Below, one piece after another: positions 1 through 10,095 of a stretch of 53,844 nucleotides of DNA (the stretch's first letter is position 1; each line of letters begins with the position of its first letter). A model generated the notes under the pieces. That model saw only the letters and a list, made by a program, of their open reading frames with translations. It was not told the DNA's origin and made no database searches. The translations under genes and the position numbers were made by a program. The DNA comes from Actinomycetota bacterium (GTDB lineage Bacteria > Actinomycetota > UBA4738 > HRBIN12): the NCBI GenBank assembly GCA_035463715.1, contig DATHSY010000073.1, positions 1-53,844 on the forward strand. The letters run 5' to 3'.

Positions 1-295
1 GATCAGGTCGGAGCCCGACCAACGGGTGCACGTCTACGGCACGCGCGGTCGGATCTCGCTCGAGATCCCGTTCAACATCCCGCCCGACCTGCCGACCCGC
101 GTGTTCGTGTCCTCCGGCGGGGATCCGCCGGTCCGGCCCGAGACCGAGACGCTGACGCTCGAGCCCGCCGACGAGTACCGGATCCAGGCGGAACGGTTCG
201 CCGCCGCGGTGCTCGACGGCACGCCGGTGCCCACACCGCCGGAGGACGCGGCGGCGAACCTGCGCGTGATCGAGGAGCTGTTCCGCGTCGGCTGA
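1..295 (+). CDS. Gfo/Idh/MocA-family oxidoreductase, C-terminal fragment (5' end outside window)
   Basis: Frame is open from the window edge to TGA at 293-295. The tail ...VYGTRGRISLEIPFNIPPD...AANLRVIEELFRVG resembles the C-terminal domain of Gfo/Idh/MocA dehydrogenases. GC-rich third positions. Confidence 0.55.
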   Translation, partial: IRSEPDQRVHVYGTRGRISLEIPFNIPPDLPTRVFVSSGGDPPVRPETETLTLEPADEYRIQAERFAAAVLDGTPVPTPPEDAAANLRVIEELFRVG

Positions 296-304
296 ACGGG
301 TGGT

Positions 305-1801
305 TCAGGTCTCGTCGGCCAGTGCGTGCATCGTCGGCGCGAGCGCGGGATAGAGCTCCCGGTACCGCGCGTAGGCGGCTGCGTATCGCCCGGCGTCGTC
401 CGACGGATCGATCGCGCCGCTCGTCCGCACGATCGCGGCGCACGCGTCCTGCACGGATCCGAACCATCCCGCGCCGACCGCCGCGAGGATGGCCGCGCCC
501 TGGGCGGCGCCCTCCGCCGTGGCCGTCGTCACGATGCGGGACCCGAGCACGTCGGCGAGGATCTGCCGCCAGAGCGCGCTCTTGACGCCGCCGCCGGTGG
601 CGCGGATCTCGCTCGACGGCGCGAGCCCGACCGCGCGCATCAGCTCGAGCGAATCGCGCAGCCCGAACGCCACCCCCTCGAGGACGGCCCGTGTCAGATC
701 CGGCCGGCCGTGGTTCACGGTGAGGCCGACGAACGCCCCGCGCGCGAGCGGGTCGGGGTGCGGCGTCCGCTCGCCGGTGAGGTACGGCAGGAACAGCAGG
801 CCGCCGCTGCCCGGCGGAACGGCGGCGGCCTCGGACACGAGCTCGTCGAACGCGACCCCCGGCGCGAGCGCGTCCCGGTACCAGCGCAGGCTCCCGGCCG
901 CCGACAGCATCACACCCATCAGGTGCCACCGACCGGGCACGGAGTGACAGAACGCGTGCAGACGCCCCTGCGGTTCGACGGTCGGGCCGTCCGTCGTGGC
1001 GAACACGACGCCAGAGGTCCCGAGCGACAGCGACGAGATGCCGGTTCCGACCGATCCGACGCCGACCGCCGCCGCGGCCTGATCGCCACCGCCCGCGACG
1101 ACGGGCGTCCCCGGCCGGAGCCCCGTGGCCTCCGCGGCCGCGCCGGTCAGCGCGCCGGTGACCTCGGGTCCCTCGAACGTCTCCGGCAGCCAGGCCCCGT
1201 CGATGCCGAGCGCGTCGATGATCTCGCCGGACCAGTCCCGCGCGGCCAGCTCGAACAGGATCGTCCCGGCGCCGTCGGCCCGGTCGACCGCATGGTCCCC
1301 GGTGAGGCGCAGCCGGACGAGGTCCTTCGGGAGCAGCACGTGCGCGAGCGCGGCCCACACGTCGGGCTCGTGGTTGCGTACCCAGAGCAGCTTCGGCGCC
1401 GTGAACCCCGGCAGGGCATCGTTGCCCGTGATCCGGATCAGCCGCTCGCGGCCCACGAGGTCCCGGATCTGGTCGCACTCGGCGCCGGTGCGCTGGTCGT
1501 TCCACAGGATCGCCGGGCGCAGCACCCGGTCCGCCGAGTCGAGCGCAACCAGGCCGTGCATCTGCCCCGTGAGCCCGACGGCCTCGACGGCGTCGCCGTT
1601 CATCCCCGCCGCCCCGAGCGCGGAGCGAACCGCGCCGATCGTGGCCGACCACCACAGCTCCGGATCCTGTTCGCTCCACAGCGGGCGCGGCGTCTCGTAC
1701 GGATACTCGGAGGTGGCGACCGCCGCGACCCCGCCGTCGGCGTCCATCAGCACCGCCTTGGTCGCGGTCGTCGACACGTCGAGGCCGAGGACCAGGCTCA
1801 T
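305..1801 (-). CDS. xylB: xylulokinase (FGGY carbohydrate kinase)
   Basis: Lies within ORF 305..2422. ATG at 1799-1801 gives [20 protein letters not shown]...GLTGQMHGLV..., a typical FGGY/xylulokinase N-terminus (498 aa). The start overlaps the upstream stop as ATGA. Same strand as xylA. Confidence 0.9.
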   Translation of the reverse strand: MSLVLGLDVSTTATKAVLMDADGGVAAVATSEYPYETPRPLWSEQDPELWWSATIGAVRSALGAAGMNGDAVEAVGLTGQMHGLVALDSADRVLRPAILWNDQRTGAECDQIRDLVGRERLIRITGNDALPGFTAPKLLWVRNHEPDVWAALAHVLLPKDLVRLRLTGDHAVDRADGAGTILFELAARDWSGEIIDALGIDGAWLPETFEGPEVTGALTGAAAEATGLRPGTPVVAGGGDQAAAAVGVGSVGTGISSLSLGTSGVVFATTDGPTVEPQGRLHAFCHSVPGRWHLMGVMLSAAGSLRWYRDALAPGVAFDELVSEAAAVPPGSGGLLFLPYLTGERTPHPDPLARGAFVGLTVNHGRPDLTRAVLEGVAFGLRDSLELMRAVGLAPSSEIRATGGGVKSALWRQILADVLGSRIVTTATAEGAAQGAAILAAVGAGWFGSVQDACAAIVRTSGAIDPSDDAGRYAAAYARYRELYPALAPTMHALADET

Positions 1802-2634
1802 CCCGGCGCCTGCCGCAGCGACCAGGTCTCCCGATGCGTCGTCGCCTCCCCGGCGGACAGCGTCACGAGCGGTCCGAGCGTTTCCAGCTCGGCGAAGTCC
1901 TCCTGCGCGAAGACCTGCACGGCCGCGCCCCGGTCCGGGTGCGGGAGGGAAGGCCGCACGTCGACCTGCTTCTCGAAGACCTCGGTCCCGAGCCGGTACG
2001 CGACGCGACCCTGCCCCGGAGCGGCGCCCACCTTCACGGGGCCGTCGCCGCCGGCCGCATGCACCGTCACGCCGTCGCGATCGAAGCCGAGCCGCGGATC
2101 GTCGAGATCGGTGTAGGGCCACAGCACGAGCGACCGGTCGGCCTGCGGCCCCGATCCTCGCTCGCCGAGGGGAACCGTCGCCGTGCCGCCCGGCCGGAGC
2201 TGCGTGATCGCCCAGGCGGCCACGGTCATCGGCTCGGCGGAGCCGTTGCGCAGCTCGTGGCCGACGACCCACCGCTCCCCCACGCTGCGAACCTCCACCG
2301 CCTTGACGAGCCCAGCGCCGTCGCTCGGCGCCTCGACGCGGATACCGTCCGCGAGCTCGGTCACCGAGCACGGCCCCTCGTCGGGCTCGTACGTGACCAC
2401 CGGCACCTCGGGCGCCGCCCACAGCCGGTGACCGCCCAGCAACCGGAACGGCGGGCCGTTCGGGCGTTCGAGCGTCGCATCGGGAAGCACGGCCATGACG
2501 TTGTCGGCGTCGCGGTCCGCACCGAACAGCCCGAGGATCCTGGGTCCGACCGACACGGTGACGAACAGCGACGAGCCCTCACCCTCGAGCCGGATGCAGG
2601 TATGGCCCTCGAACGTCGTCGTCTCGGGCGTCAC
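1798..2634 (-). CDS. conserved hypothetical protein between xylA and xylB, possibly mutarotase/aldose-epimerase-like (product uncertain)
   Basis: C-terminal 278 aa of ORF 1798..3750. GTG at 2632-2634 overlaps the xylA stop (GTGA) and its stop overlaps the xylB ATG (ATGA). The protein [18 protein letters not shown]...[10 protein letters not shown]... looks all-beta. Function is guessed from context only. Confidence 0.65.
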   Translation of the reverse strand: MTPETTTFEGHTCIRLEGEGSSLFVTVSVGPRILGLFGADRDADNVMAVLPDATLERPNGPPFRLLGGHRLWAAPEVPVVTYEPDEGPCSVTELADGIRVEAPSDGAGLVKAVEVRSVGERWVVGHELRNGSAEPMTVAAWAITQLRPGGTATVPLGERGSGPQADRSLVLWPYTDLDDPRLGFDRDGVTVHAAGGDGPVKVGAAPGQGRVAYRLGTEVFEKQVDVRPSLPHPDRGAAVQVFAQEDFAELETLGPLVTLSAGEATTHRETWSLRQAPG

Positions 2635-3794
2635 CGAGCGCCGAGCAGCAGGTCGACGGTGAGCTGGTCCAGCCGCTCGTACGGCTGGCCACGGGCCGCA
2701 ACGGCACGCCGGTCCAGGTCGAGTCCCTTCAGCGCCTGCACCTTCGCGGACGAGTAGGGACCCAGGTGCGCCGATACCGACCCGTCGTCGGCGTTGATCT
2801 CGGCCACGAGCGCCTGGATCTCGGGGTCCGCGTTCCACCGCTCCGCCTTCTCCTTCAAGATCAGGTAGGTCCGCATGCATCCGCGCGCGAACGCCTTCAC
2901 GTCCTCGTAGTCCGACGTGCGGTACGCGTGCGCGTCGAAATGACGGCTCCCCTGATACCCCACGTCCTCGAGGAACTTCACCAGGAAGAACGCCGCCTTC
3001 GGGTTGGCCGAGCCGAACCGCAGGTCCTGGTCGTAGCGTCCCGGGATCTGGTCGTTCAGGTCGATGTGGAACAGCTTGCCCATCGCCCACGCCTGCGCGA
3101 CGTGGTGGGTGAAGTTCAACCCCGCCATGTGTTCGTGCGCGACCTCTGGGTTGACCCCGACCATCTCGGAGTGGTCCAGCGTCTGGATGAACGCGAGCAT
3201 CGCGCCCGTCGTGGACAGGTAGATGTCTCCGCGCGGCTCGTTCGGCTTGGACTCGAGCGCGAAGCGCAGGTCGTAGCCCTGATCCTTCACGTACGAGCAG
3301 AGGAAGTCCATCGACTCGCGGTAGCGCTCGAGCGCGAGCAACGGATCCTTCGAGGAATCGGTCTCGACGCCCTCGCGCCCGCCCCAGAACACGTACGTCG
3401 TCGCGCCGAGCTCCACGCCGAGGTCGATCGCCCGCATCGTCTTCTGCAGCGCGAAGGCGCGGACCCGCGGGTCGTTCGCCGTGAAGGCGCCGTCGCGGAA
3501 GATCGGGTCGCGGAACAGGTTCGTCGTGGCCATCGGCACGACGAGCCCGGTCGCGTCGAGCGCCTTGCGGAAGTCCGACACGATCTGGTCGCGCTCGTGC
3601 TCGCTCGCGTCGATCGGCACCAGATCGTTGTCGTGCAGGTTGACCCCCCACGCGCCGACCTCGGCGAGCAGCTCCACGAGCTGCACGGGCGACAGCGCCT
3701 CGCGCACCGGCTCGCCGAACGGGTCGATGCCGATGTTCCCGACGGTCCACAGGCCGAACGAGAACCGGTTCTCTGCCTTGGGTTCGTACGACAT
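2631..3794 (-). CDS. xylA: xylose isomerase (class I, actinobacterial type)
   Basis: [20 protein letters not shown]...FHDNDL-like...[15 protein letters not shown]...HIDLNDQ are canonical XylA motifs. ATG at 3792-3794 is preceded by GGAGGTGA on the minus strand. Confidence 0.95.
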   Translation of the reverse strand: MSYEPKAENRFSFGLWTVGNIGIDPFGEPVREALSPVQLVELLAEVGAWGVNLHDNDLVPIDASEHERDQIVSDFRKALDATGLVVPMATTNLFRDPIFRDGAFTANDPRVRAFALQKTMRAIDLGVELGATTYVFWGGREGVETDSSKDPLLALERYRESMDFLCSYVKDQGYDLRFALESKPNEPRGDIYLSTTGAMLAFIQTLDHSEMVGVNPEVAHEHMAGLNFTHHVAQAWAMGKLFHIDLNDQIPGRYDQDLRFGSANPKAAFFLVKFLEDVGYQGSRHFDAHAYRTSDYEDVKAFARGCMRTYLILKEKAERWNADPEIQALVAEINADDGSVSAHLGPYSSAKVQALKGLDLDRRAVAARGQPYERLDQLTVDLLLGAR

Positions 3795-3868
3795 CCGGAT
3801 CACCTCCATCATTCGGATCGCTTCGTCACGTCACCGCTCCTGTTCGTCGGCCCTCGCCACCTCCCTCC

Positions 3869-5245
3869 TCAACCGAGCGTCATCGCCCGCCCCGGGTCGA
3901 GCAGGAACGGCGGGAGCCATGCGGGGATGTTCGAGAACGGCAGCACGTCGGGGTGCAGGTCGATCCCGAGCGCGTCGCACATGAAGCGCCGACGCGCCTG
4001 GATCCGCTCCCAGGCCGCCGGGTACTTCGCGGCGAACGCGGCGCGGAGCCCCTCGTCCGCCAGAGCCACGCCGTCCTCGATGTTCGTCGTGAAGTACTCC
4101 GTGCCGGTCGCCGGGATCACGTCGACCTGGAACGCCATCCCCGACCGCAGCTCGATCGTCGACCCCGGTCCCACCGGCGAGTTCACCCACTCGTCGAGCG
4201 AGATCTGGTGACCCGGGTTGAGGAAGATGCCGAAGAACGGGTCGCCGAGACGACGGTGCACGATCTCGTACAGCGCGCCGCCGGTCTGTCCGACGTGCAG
4301 CGCCGCGTACCACTCGGCGATCGCCTCGAAGTACGGGGCGACGAGGCGGTCCACGTAGTCGCGGATCGGTTCGGGGAGCTCGGCCGCGTCCTCGACGACG
4401 AACCCCGCTCGGCAGTTCAGTGCGCCCCAGATGCCGAAGGCGACCGTGAACCGGTCGCCGCGTTCGATCCGCCGGTCGCCGGGGCTGAGCAGTCCGAGCG
4501 AGGCGCGGTCACCGCTCGTGAGCATCAGGTGACACGACAGCGGCGAGCCGTTCCATCCGAGGAGCGCGACCGCCTCGCGCTCGCGCATCCCCGGCCGAAG
4601 GCCGAACAGCAGCCGGCGCACGCCGTCGGACGTCCAGCACGCGGCGTGCTCGAACCACGCGAGGTGCTCGAGCTCGTTGATCACGCGCAGGCCGTCGGCC
4701 GCGCCCGTCAGCAGCACGCCCGCGTTCTCGACGACGCCGGACGGGGTCAGGCGTCTCAGCTCGTCGACCAGGAACGCCGGCGCCTCGATCCGCGCACGGT
4801 CGGCGGACTCCTTCCAGCCGATCACCCCGATGCGGCTCGTGTCCCCGACTCCCTCGTCGGCCATGATCTCGGCGAGCGGCCGGGAACGGTCGCGCGGCTG
4901 GTTCGGCAGGCTGAGCTCCTGGAAGAGATGACGTCGCATCGGCAGCGGCGCCGCCCCGGCCATCCCGTAGCACTCGTTGCCGACCAGGATCGCGGGTTCG
5001 TCGGACGACCCGACGATCAGCATGGCCTCCTCGAAGCGCGGGTCGAACCCCGTGAGCCACGCGATGTTCGCGATGTGCTCTCGGTCGGCGTACACGACCA
5101 CCACGTCGTAGCCCGCGTCCTGCATGCGAGCGCGCAAACGCTCGAGGCGGTCGCGGTACAGGGCCGGTGGGAGCTCGGGTGCCTGCTCCGGCATGCCGAA
5201 GTCCGGGAGCGATACGTCCGCGAGCCGCGCGGTGGCCATCGTCAT
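3869..5245 (-). CDS. M24-family (creatinase/Xaa-Pro peptidase fold) protein, apparently lacking the two Asp metal ligands
   Basis: Lies within ORF 3869..5869. MTMATARLADVSLPDFG... starts at ATG 5243-5245, overlapping the upstream stop as ATGA. It has a creatinase-type N-domain plus a pita-bread domain (NPGHQISLDEW, TNIEDGV). 458 aa. Confidence 0.75.
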   Translation of the reverse strand: MTMATARLADVSLPDFGMPEQAPELPPALYRDRLERLRARMQDAGYDVVVVYADREHIANIAWLTGFDPRFEEAMLIVGSSDEPAILVGNECYGMAGAAPLPMRRHLFQELSLPNQPRDRSRPLAEIMADEGVGDTSRIGVIGWKESADRARIEAPAFLVDELRRLTPSGVVENAGVLLTGAADGLRVINELEHLAWFEHAACWTSDGVRRLLFGLRPGMREREAVALLGWNGSPLSCHLMLTSGDRASLGLLSPGDRRIERGDRFTVAFGIWGALNCRAGFVVEDAAELPEPIRDYVDRLVAPYFEAIAEWYAALHVGQTGGALYEIVHRRLGDPFFGIFLNPGHQISLDEWVNSPVGPGSTIELRSGMAFQVDVIPATGTEYFTTNIEDGVALADEGLRAAFAAKYPAAWERIQARRRFMCDALGIDLHPDVLPFSNIPAWLPPFLLDPGRAMTLG

Positions 5246-6939
5246 GTGTCCCCGTCCGTCGGCCCGGCCGTCGGTGACCACGGCCGCACGGCGTCGGCGC
5301 CCCGGTCCACGATCGCGAACGCGTTGTCCGGAAGCTCGAGCCATGGACCCCGATCGCCGTCGGGCCACTGCACGCGGATCTCCGCTCCGTTCGCATCGCC
5401 GAGCCCAACGTGGATCCATCCGAGCTCGCCGCTCGCGTGGCCGCCGCCGATCGTGATCTCGCGCTCGACCGTCCGCTCGCCGAACCGAACCGTCACCCAC
5501 GATCCGATCGCGTCGACGTTCGGCGCGGCCTGCCGGAGCCGCACCGCGACCCAGTTGCCCATCGGCTCGGGATCGGCGGCGTCGCCCCAGCCGACGTTGC
5601 GGTACAGGCTGACGTTCTCGCGCCGGTTGACCTGGACCAGATCCAGCATCCCGTCGAGGTTGAGGTCGACCAGGGCGGCGCCGCGACCGCGGACGAAACT
5701 CGCGATCCCCGCCGCATCGCCGCGTTCGACGAACGTGCCGTCGGGCCGGCCGAGCAACAGGTTCGACGGATCGCGCTGCGCGTACTCCGGGATCGCTTCG
5801 ACGTTGCCCTTCGAGACGAACAGGTCGACGAACCCGTCGTTGTTGACGTCCTGGAACTCGGGGTGCCACGCCGTCGAGGGCAGCATGTCGCCGCCCGTGT
5901 ACGGACGGTGCGCCGTCACACCGTGCTCGAGCGCGGTCTCCGCATACGTCGGCGTCGAGGAGCCGGCGGCGAGCGTCTGGAGCCGGTTGTCGCCCTGGCT
6001 CGTGAGGTAGACCTCCGGCAGCCCGTCGCCGGTGAGGTCGTATCCGGCGATCCCCATCCCCCAGATGACGAGCCGCTGCCAGCCCTCTTGGTCCGTGTAC
6101 ATCCGCGGCGGCTGGTCCTCCTCGACGTGCCAGAGCTGCTCCTGCCCGTCCGTGTAGTAGTGGCGGTCATTGGTCATCCGCAGGTCGCGGACGCCCGAGC
6201 GGGACCAGTCGCTGAACAGCACCGACAGCGTGCACCACCCCGGCGCGAGCGAGATCGGCTCCCCGTACGTCGTTCCGCCGGGGACGGGTCGAACGAGCTC
6301 GCTGTCGGCGCACTGCGAGCGCTGGTCGAGATCGGTCAGGTCGAGGTAGTTGCCGGTCGCGAGCGTCGGCAGCGCGGCGTCGCCCTCCCACGTCGCGCTG
6401 AAGCCGGCGGTCCACTCCTCGCCGCCGTCGAACCCCCACTCCTCGTTCCCCCGCTCGAACCGGCAGTCGCCGAGGCCACGGAGCAACACGTTCTCGCCGA
6501 CGCGGAGCACCGCGAGGTCGAGGACGCCGTCGCCGTCGATGTCGATCGGGTAGGCGCCGATCACGTCGGTGAGATCGGTGACCGGGTCGGGCTGCCGGAC
6601 GAAGCGGAGCGCGCCGCCGATCGGACTCTGGTTGCGGTAGAGCGATGCGGGGTTGGAGCCGCCAGCGAAGTACAGCTCGGACTTGCCGTCGCCGCTGCAG
6701 TCGAAGGCCGCGACGCCGCCGCCCACGAAGAAGGTGAACTCGCCGTCGTAGACGTGGTCGACGCCGGCCGCCTGCGCCTCCTCGACGAACCGCGGCGCCG
6801 CCATCGCGGCGACGGGGCCGCCGCTCGCGACCGCGTCGAAGGCCCACACGCCCCCGAGCCCGAGGGCCGACCCCGCGACGAGGCCGGCGACGAACAGCGC
6901 CGCGAACCTCGGGGGCCGTCGACCGCGCGGCTCAGCCAT
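5242..6939 (-). CDS. FG-GAP/VCBS repeat protein with C-terminal ASPIC/UnbV domain (CRTAC1-like), N-terminal membrane anchor or signal
   Basis: Repeated calcium-type loops DIDGDGVLDLAV, DLTGDGLPEVYL, DVNNDGFVDLFV, DLNLDGMLDLVQ. C-terminal GGGHASGELGWIHVGLGDA is ASPIC-like. Hydrophobic N-terminus FAALFVAGLVAGSALGLGG. Confidence 0.85.
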   Translation of the reverse strand: MAEPRGRRPPRFAALFVAGLVAGSALGLGGVWAFDAVASGGPVAAMAAPRFVEEAQAAGVDHVYDGEFTFFVGGGVAAFDCSGDGKSELYFAGGSNPASLYRNQSPIGGALRFVRQPDPVTDLTDVIGAYPIDIDGDGVLDLAVLRVGENVLLRGLGDCRFERGNEEWGFDGGEEWTAGFSATWEGDAALPTLATGNYLDLTDLDQRSQCADSELVRPVPGGTTYGEPISLAPGWCTLSVLFSDWSRSGVRDLRMTNDRHYYTDGQEQLWHVEEDQPPRMYTDQEGWQRLVIWGMGIAGYDLTGDGLPEVYLTSQGDNRLQTLAAGSSTPTYAETALEHGVTAHRPYTGGDMLPSTAWHPEFQDVNNDGFVDLFVSKGNVEAIPEYAQRDPSNLLLGRPDGTFVERGDAAGIASFVRGRGAALVDLNLDGMLDLVQVNRRENVSLYRNVGWGDAADPEPMGNWVAVRLRQAAPNVDAIGSWVTVRFGERTVEREITIGGGHASGELGWIHVGLGDANGAEIRVQWPDGDRGPWLELPDNAFAIVDRGADAVRPWSPTAGPTDGDT

Positions 6940-8827
6940 CCACGCCCCCGTCGAAGTACGCCTGGACCCGCTCCCACACCGCCGTGCCGCACGCCGCGCC
7001 GATGCGCCGGCCGGCGAAGTCGTCGGCCGGGATGTGGATCCCCCCGAAGATGCGCGAGACGCCCGCCTGGTCCGCCGCGTCGTAGTAGGTCGCCCACTGC
7101 AGCGTCACGTCCTGGGTCGGCCCAGACTCGACCTCGAGCGATCCGGCGGGGATCGTCCACTCGGACAGTCCGCCCGGGAAGTACTCGCTGCCGGTGATCG
7201 CCGTGAGCACCTCGGCCGCCGCGCGGCTGAACGTGCTGTGGCCGGACACGTAGCCGGCGAACGCGGGCGTCACGAAGGTCGGCTGCTGGTACGGCACCCA
7301 GTCCGTCGCGAGGATCCATCCGATCCCACCTACCTCGTTCTCCGGATCGTCGGGGTTGCCCGTCCACGCGCGGACGGCGATCTCGCCCTCGCGGCCCGCG
7401 AGCGCCCGGTGGCGAGCGCCGGGCGCGGTCGTGCGCGGGGTGATCACCTCGACGAGGCCCCTCACGAGCGGCAGCCCGCGCGGGTCGTACGACGGACCCC
7501 CCGGGTCGCTCGACTGCCCGAGCCCGCCCATATACCGGATCATCGAGATCGGCCTGGCGGTGTCGTAGTAGCCCTTCGTGCCCCACGCCGCGACGGCGGC
7601 ATCGTGCACCGCCGCGTTCAGCGCGAGGTACAGCTTCACGTCCCATTCCAGGCGATCGACCTCGGGCCCCGTCCCGCCGATCCGGAGCTCGAAGCCCGGC
7701 GAATCCGAGACGGTGTTGGCGACGACGTTCCAGTGGCCGGGTGGCGTCTCGGACCTCGGTCCGTCGGCCCAGAACTCGGTGAGGGCTCGCGCGAAGTCGC
7801 CGCGGTTCACGAGGTTCGGCGCGTACGGCTCGCCCGTCACCGGGTCGACGTCGTGGCCGTCGCCGTCATTGGTTCCGAGCGGGTTGTCGCCGAGCGCGCC
7901 CGGCGAGATGTCGATCGTGACGTCGTGCGTCGCGTCGAGCCGCGCGCTCCTGCGGAGCACGTCGATCGCCGCGTCCTTGAAGTCCCGGTCGGTTCCAGGG
8001 TCTCCGAACATCGGCGGCGGCCCCGGGTCCATCGGCAACCCGTGGGGCCCCGCGTCGGGCAGGGCGAAGCCGGCGACATGACCCCAGTGCGGACCGAGGA
8101 AGGTCTGGACCGTGTCGTCGATCGGGATGCCGTTCTGCGAGACGGCCTGCTCGAGCTGGAGGGGCTGCCACCGGTTCGGATCGACCATCCGGTCCGGTCC
8201 TGCTTCGGCGACATCGAGCGGCGCGTTGACCGGCTGGTAGTCGCTGGCGTAGCCGCCGGACTCGTTCGATCCGTCGTGCAACCCGTCCTCGATGACTGCG
8301 GCCGCGATCCGGTTCCCGAGCGCCGCCGGTGAGTCGCCCTCGGTCGTCGTGACGTCGATCGGATAGCAGAGCTCCTGCATGACCTGTCGGAACTCGAGCC
8401 TCGAGTCGGTTGCTCCGACCGCGGTGCGGTACCGATGGTCGAGGACGCGGAAGGCTGCGTAGCTGATCGCCTCCTCACGCGCCGTCGTCACGTCGTCGGC
8501 GGTGTGCGTCTCGTCGACGAAGACCCCGACGGCGTCGCGGTCGTAGGCGGCCCACGCGTCCCACATCGCGGCCGAGACGTGGAACAGGTTCCGCGCGTGC
8601 AGCGTCGGCGCGGGCAACGCCCGCCGGATCGCGTCGAGCGTGGCCTCGTCCCACCGTCGCGCCACCGACCATCCGTGCGGGGCGGCGGCGCGCACGCACC
8701 CGGGCTCATCATCGCTCGCGGCGCGGACGAACGCGGTCCCGCCGAGCGCGAGCGCGAGCCCCATCGCGAGGCCGACCGCGAAGGCCGAGCGTCCTGACGA
8801 CGAGCGCGCCGCGCCGTCGTCGGTCAT
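6932..8827 (-). CDS. PAP2-superfamily / vanadium-dependent haloperoxidase-like secreted protein
   Basis: Lies within ORF 6932..9274. ATG at 8825-8827 gives MTDDGAARSSSGRSAFAVGLAMGLALALGG (anchor or signal). The full tripartite signature is present: K-x6-RP (TKGYYDTARP), SGH (YVSGHSTF) and SR-x5-H-x3-D (SRIFGGIHIPAD). 631 aa. Confidence 0.8.
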   Translation of the reverse strand: MTDDGAARSSSGRSAFAVGLAMGLALALGGTAFVRAASDDEPGCVRAAAPHGWSVARRWDEATLDAIRRALPAPTLHARNLFHVSAAMWDAWAAYDRDAVGVFVDETHTADDVTTAREEAISYAAFRVLDHRYRTAVGATDSRLEFRQVMQELCYPIDVTTTEGDSPAALGNRIAAAVIEDGLHDGSNESGGYASDYQPVNAPLDVAEAGPDRMVDPNRWQPLQLEQAVSQNGIPIDDTVQTFLGPHWGHVAGFALPDAGPHGLPMDPGPPPMFGDPGTDRDFKDAAIDVLRRSARLDATHDVTIDISPGALGDNPLGTNDGDGHDVDPVTGEPYAPNLVNRGDFARALTEFWADGPRSETPPGHWNVVANTVSDSPGFELRIGGTGPEVDRLEWDVKLYLALNAAVHDAAVAAWGTKGYYDTARPISMIRYMGGLGQSSDPGGPSYDPRGLPLVRGLVEVITPRTTAPGARHRALAGREGEIAVRAWTGNPDDPENEVGGIGWILATDWVPYQQPTFVTPAFAGYVSGHSTFSRAAAEVLTAITGSEYFPGGLSEWTIPAGSLEVESGPTQDVTLQWATYYDAADQAGVSRIFGGIHIPADDFAGRRIGAACGTAVWERVQAYFDGGVDG

Positions 8828-10095
8828 CGCGGCGCCCCGCTCGCGACGACCCCGCCACCCGCACCGAACGCCGCCGGGTCCGCGATGACCCGGGACATCA
8901 CGAGCTCGGCCGCCCCGATCAGCGAGGCGTCGGGGCCGAGCGCGCTCCGCTCGATGCTGACCATGGCGCCGGGCGCCGCGAGCATCCGCTCGCGCGCGCC
9001 CTCGACCACGGCGGGCTCGAGCAGACCGAAGAGTTGTTCGTACATCCCCCCCAGGACGACCAGGTCGGGGTTGAACACGTTTACCAGGTCGCCGATCCCG
9101 ACGCCGAGCCACCGGCCGACCTCGCCGAGCGCCGCGAGCGTGGCGCCATCGCCCGCCGCTGCGCGGTCGACCACCTCGGACAGCCGATCGGGCCCCTCCC
9201 CGATGCCGGCGCGTCGTAGCAGGGCGGCCTCGCCGGCCTCCGTCTCCCAACAGCCGGTCGCGCCGCACCGGCATCCGACGCCGGTGGGGTTGACGAGCGT
9301 GTGACCGGCCTCACCCGCATACCCCGCCGACCCGAGCAGGGGTCGGCCGTCCACGATCACGCCGGTGCCGATCCCCGCCTCGCCCGAGACGTAGACGAGG
9401 TTCGCCACGCCGGGCCGGCGTCCACGGCGATGCTCCGCGAGCGCGCCCAGGTCGGCCTCGTTCGCGGCGAGCACCGGCACCCCCACGCCGAGCTCGGCGC
9501 CGAGCATCGGGGCGAGAGCCACATCACGCCAGCCGAGGTTCGGCGCGAGATGGACGAAGCCGTCCGAGCGCCGCGTGATGCCGACGACCCCGACGCCGAC
9601 CCCGACCAGGACGTGATCGCGAGGCAGGGAGTCGACGAGCGGGCCTGCGAGCTTCGCGACGTCTTGCACCGTCTCCTCCGGCGAGAAGCGGCCGCGGGGA
9701 CGGGCGACGCGTACCCGGTTGTAGACGTGCCCTCCGAGCCCGAGCGTCGCGACCGCGATCGAGTCGACAGCCAGCTCGACCGCCAGGGCCGAGGCGCGGT
9801 GCGCAACGAGCTGCACGACCGGCGACGGCCGCCCCGGGCCGGTACCTGGCGAGCCACGCCGCTCCTCGACCAAGCCGAGCGCGGTCAGCTCGGCGAGCAG
9901 ATCCGCGATCGTCGATCGGTTCAGCCCCGTCGTCCTGGCCAGGTCCGAGCGCGACGTCGGTCCACCGAGGTGGAGGCCTTCGACCACGGCACCGAGGTTG
10001 TGCCGGCGGACATCGTCCGCGGCGACGCCCCGGCGCTCTCCGCGCACGGGAGCGATCCCGACCGTCGATTTCGTTGGAGTCTCCGCGGAATCCAA
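8824..10095 (-). CDS. ROK-family transcriptional regulator (XylR-like repressor candidate)
   Basis: N-terminal wHTH region (RSDLARTTGLNRSTIADLLAELTALGLV) and ROK zinc motif GCRCGATGCWETEAG. The stop overlaps the next gene's ATG (ATGA). The start is uncertain: TTG at 10093-10095, or a GTG about 17 codons downstream. Confidence 0.85.
   Translation of the reverse strand: MDSAETPTKSTVGIAPVRGERRGVAADDVRRHNLGAVVEGLHLGGPTSRSDLARTTGLNRSTIADLLAELTALGLVEERRGSPGTGPGRPSPVVQLVAHRASALAVELAVDSIAVATLGLGGHVYNRVRVARPRGRFSPEETVQDVAKLAGPLVDSLPRDHVLVGVGVGVVGITRRSDGFVHLAPNLGWRDVALAPMLGAELGVGVPVLAANEADLGALAEHRRGRRPGVANLVYVSGEAGIGTGVIVDGRPLLGSAGYAGEAGHTLVNPTGVGCRCGATGCWETEAGEAALLRRAGIGEGPDRLSEVVDRAAAGDGATLAALGEVGRWLGVGIGDLVNVFNPDLVVLGGMYEQLFGLLEPAVVEGARERMLAAPGAMVSIERSALGPDASLIGAAELVMSRVIADPAAFGAGGGVVASGAPR

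Noticed and set aside
72-2116. Large overlapping ORFs (72..1679 minus, 326..2116 plus) across the xylB region
   Set aside because: Only the 305..1801 minus frame yields the FGGY kinase sequence. The others are Arg-rich shadow frames.
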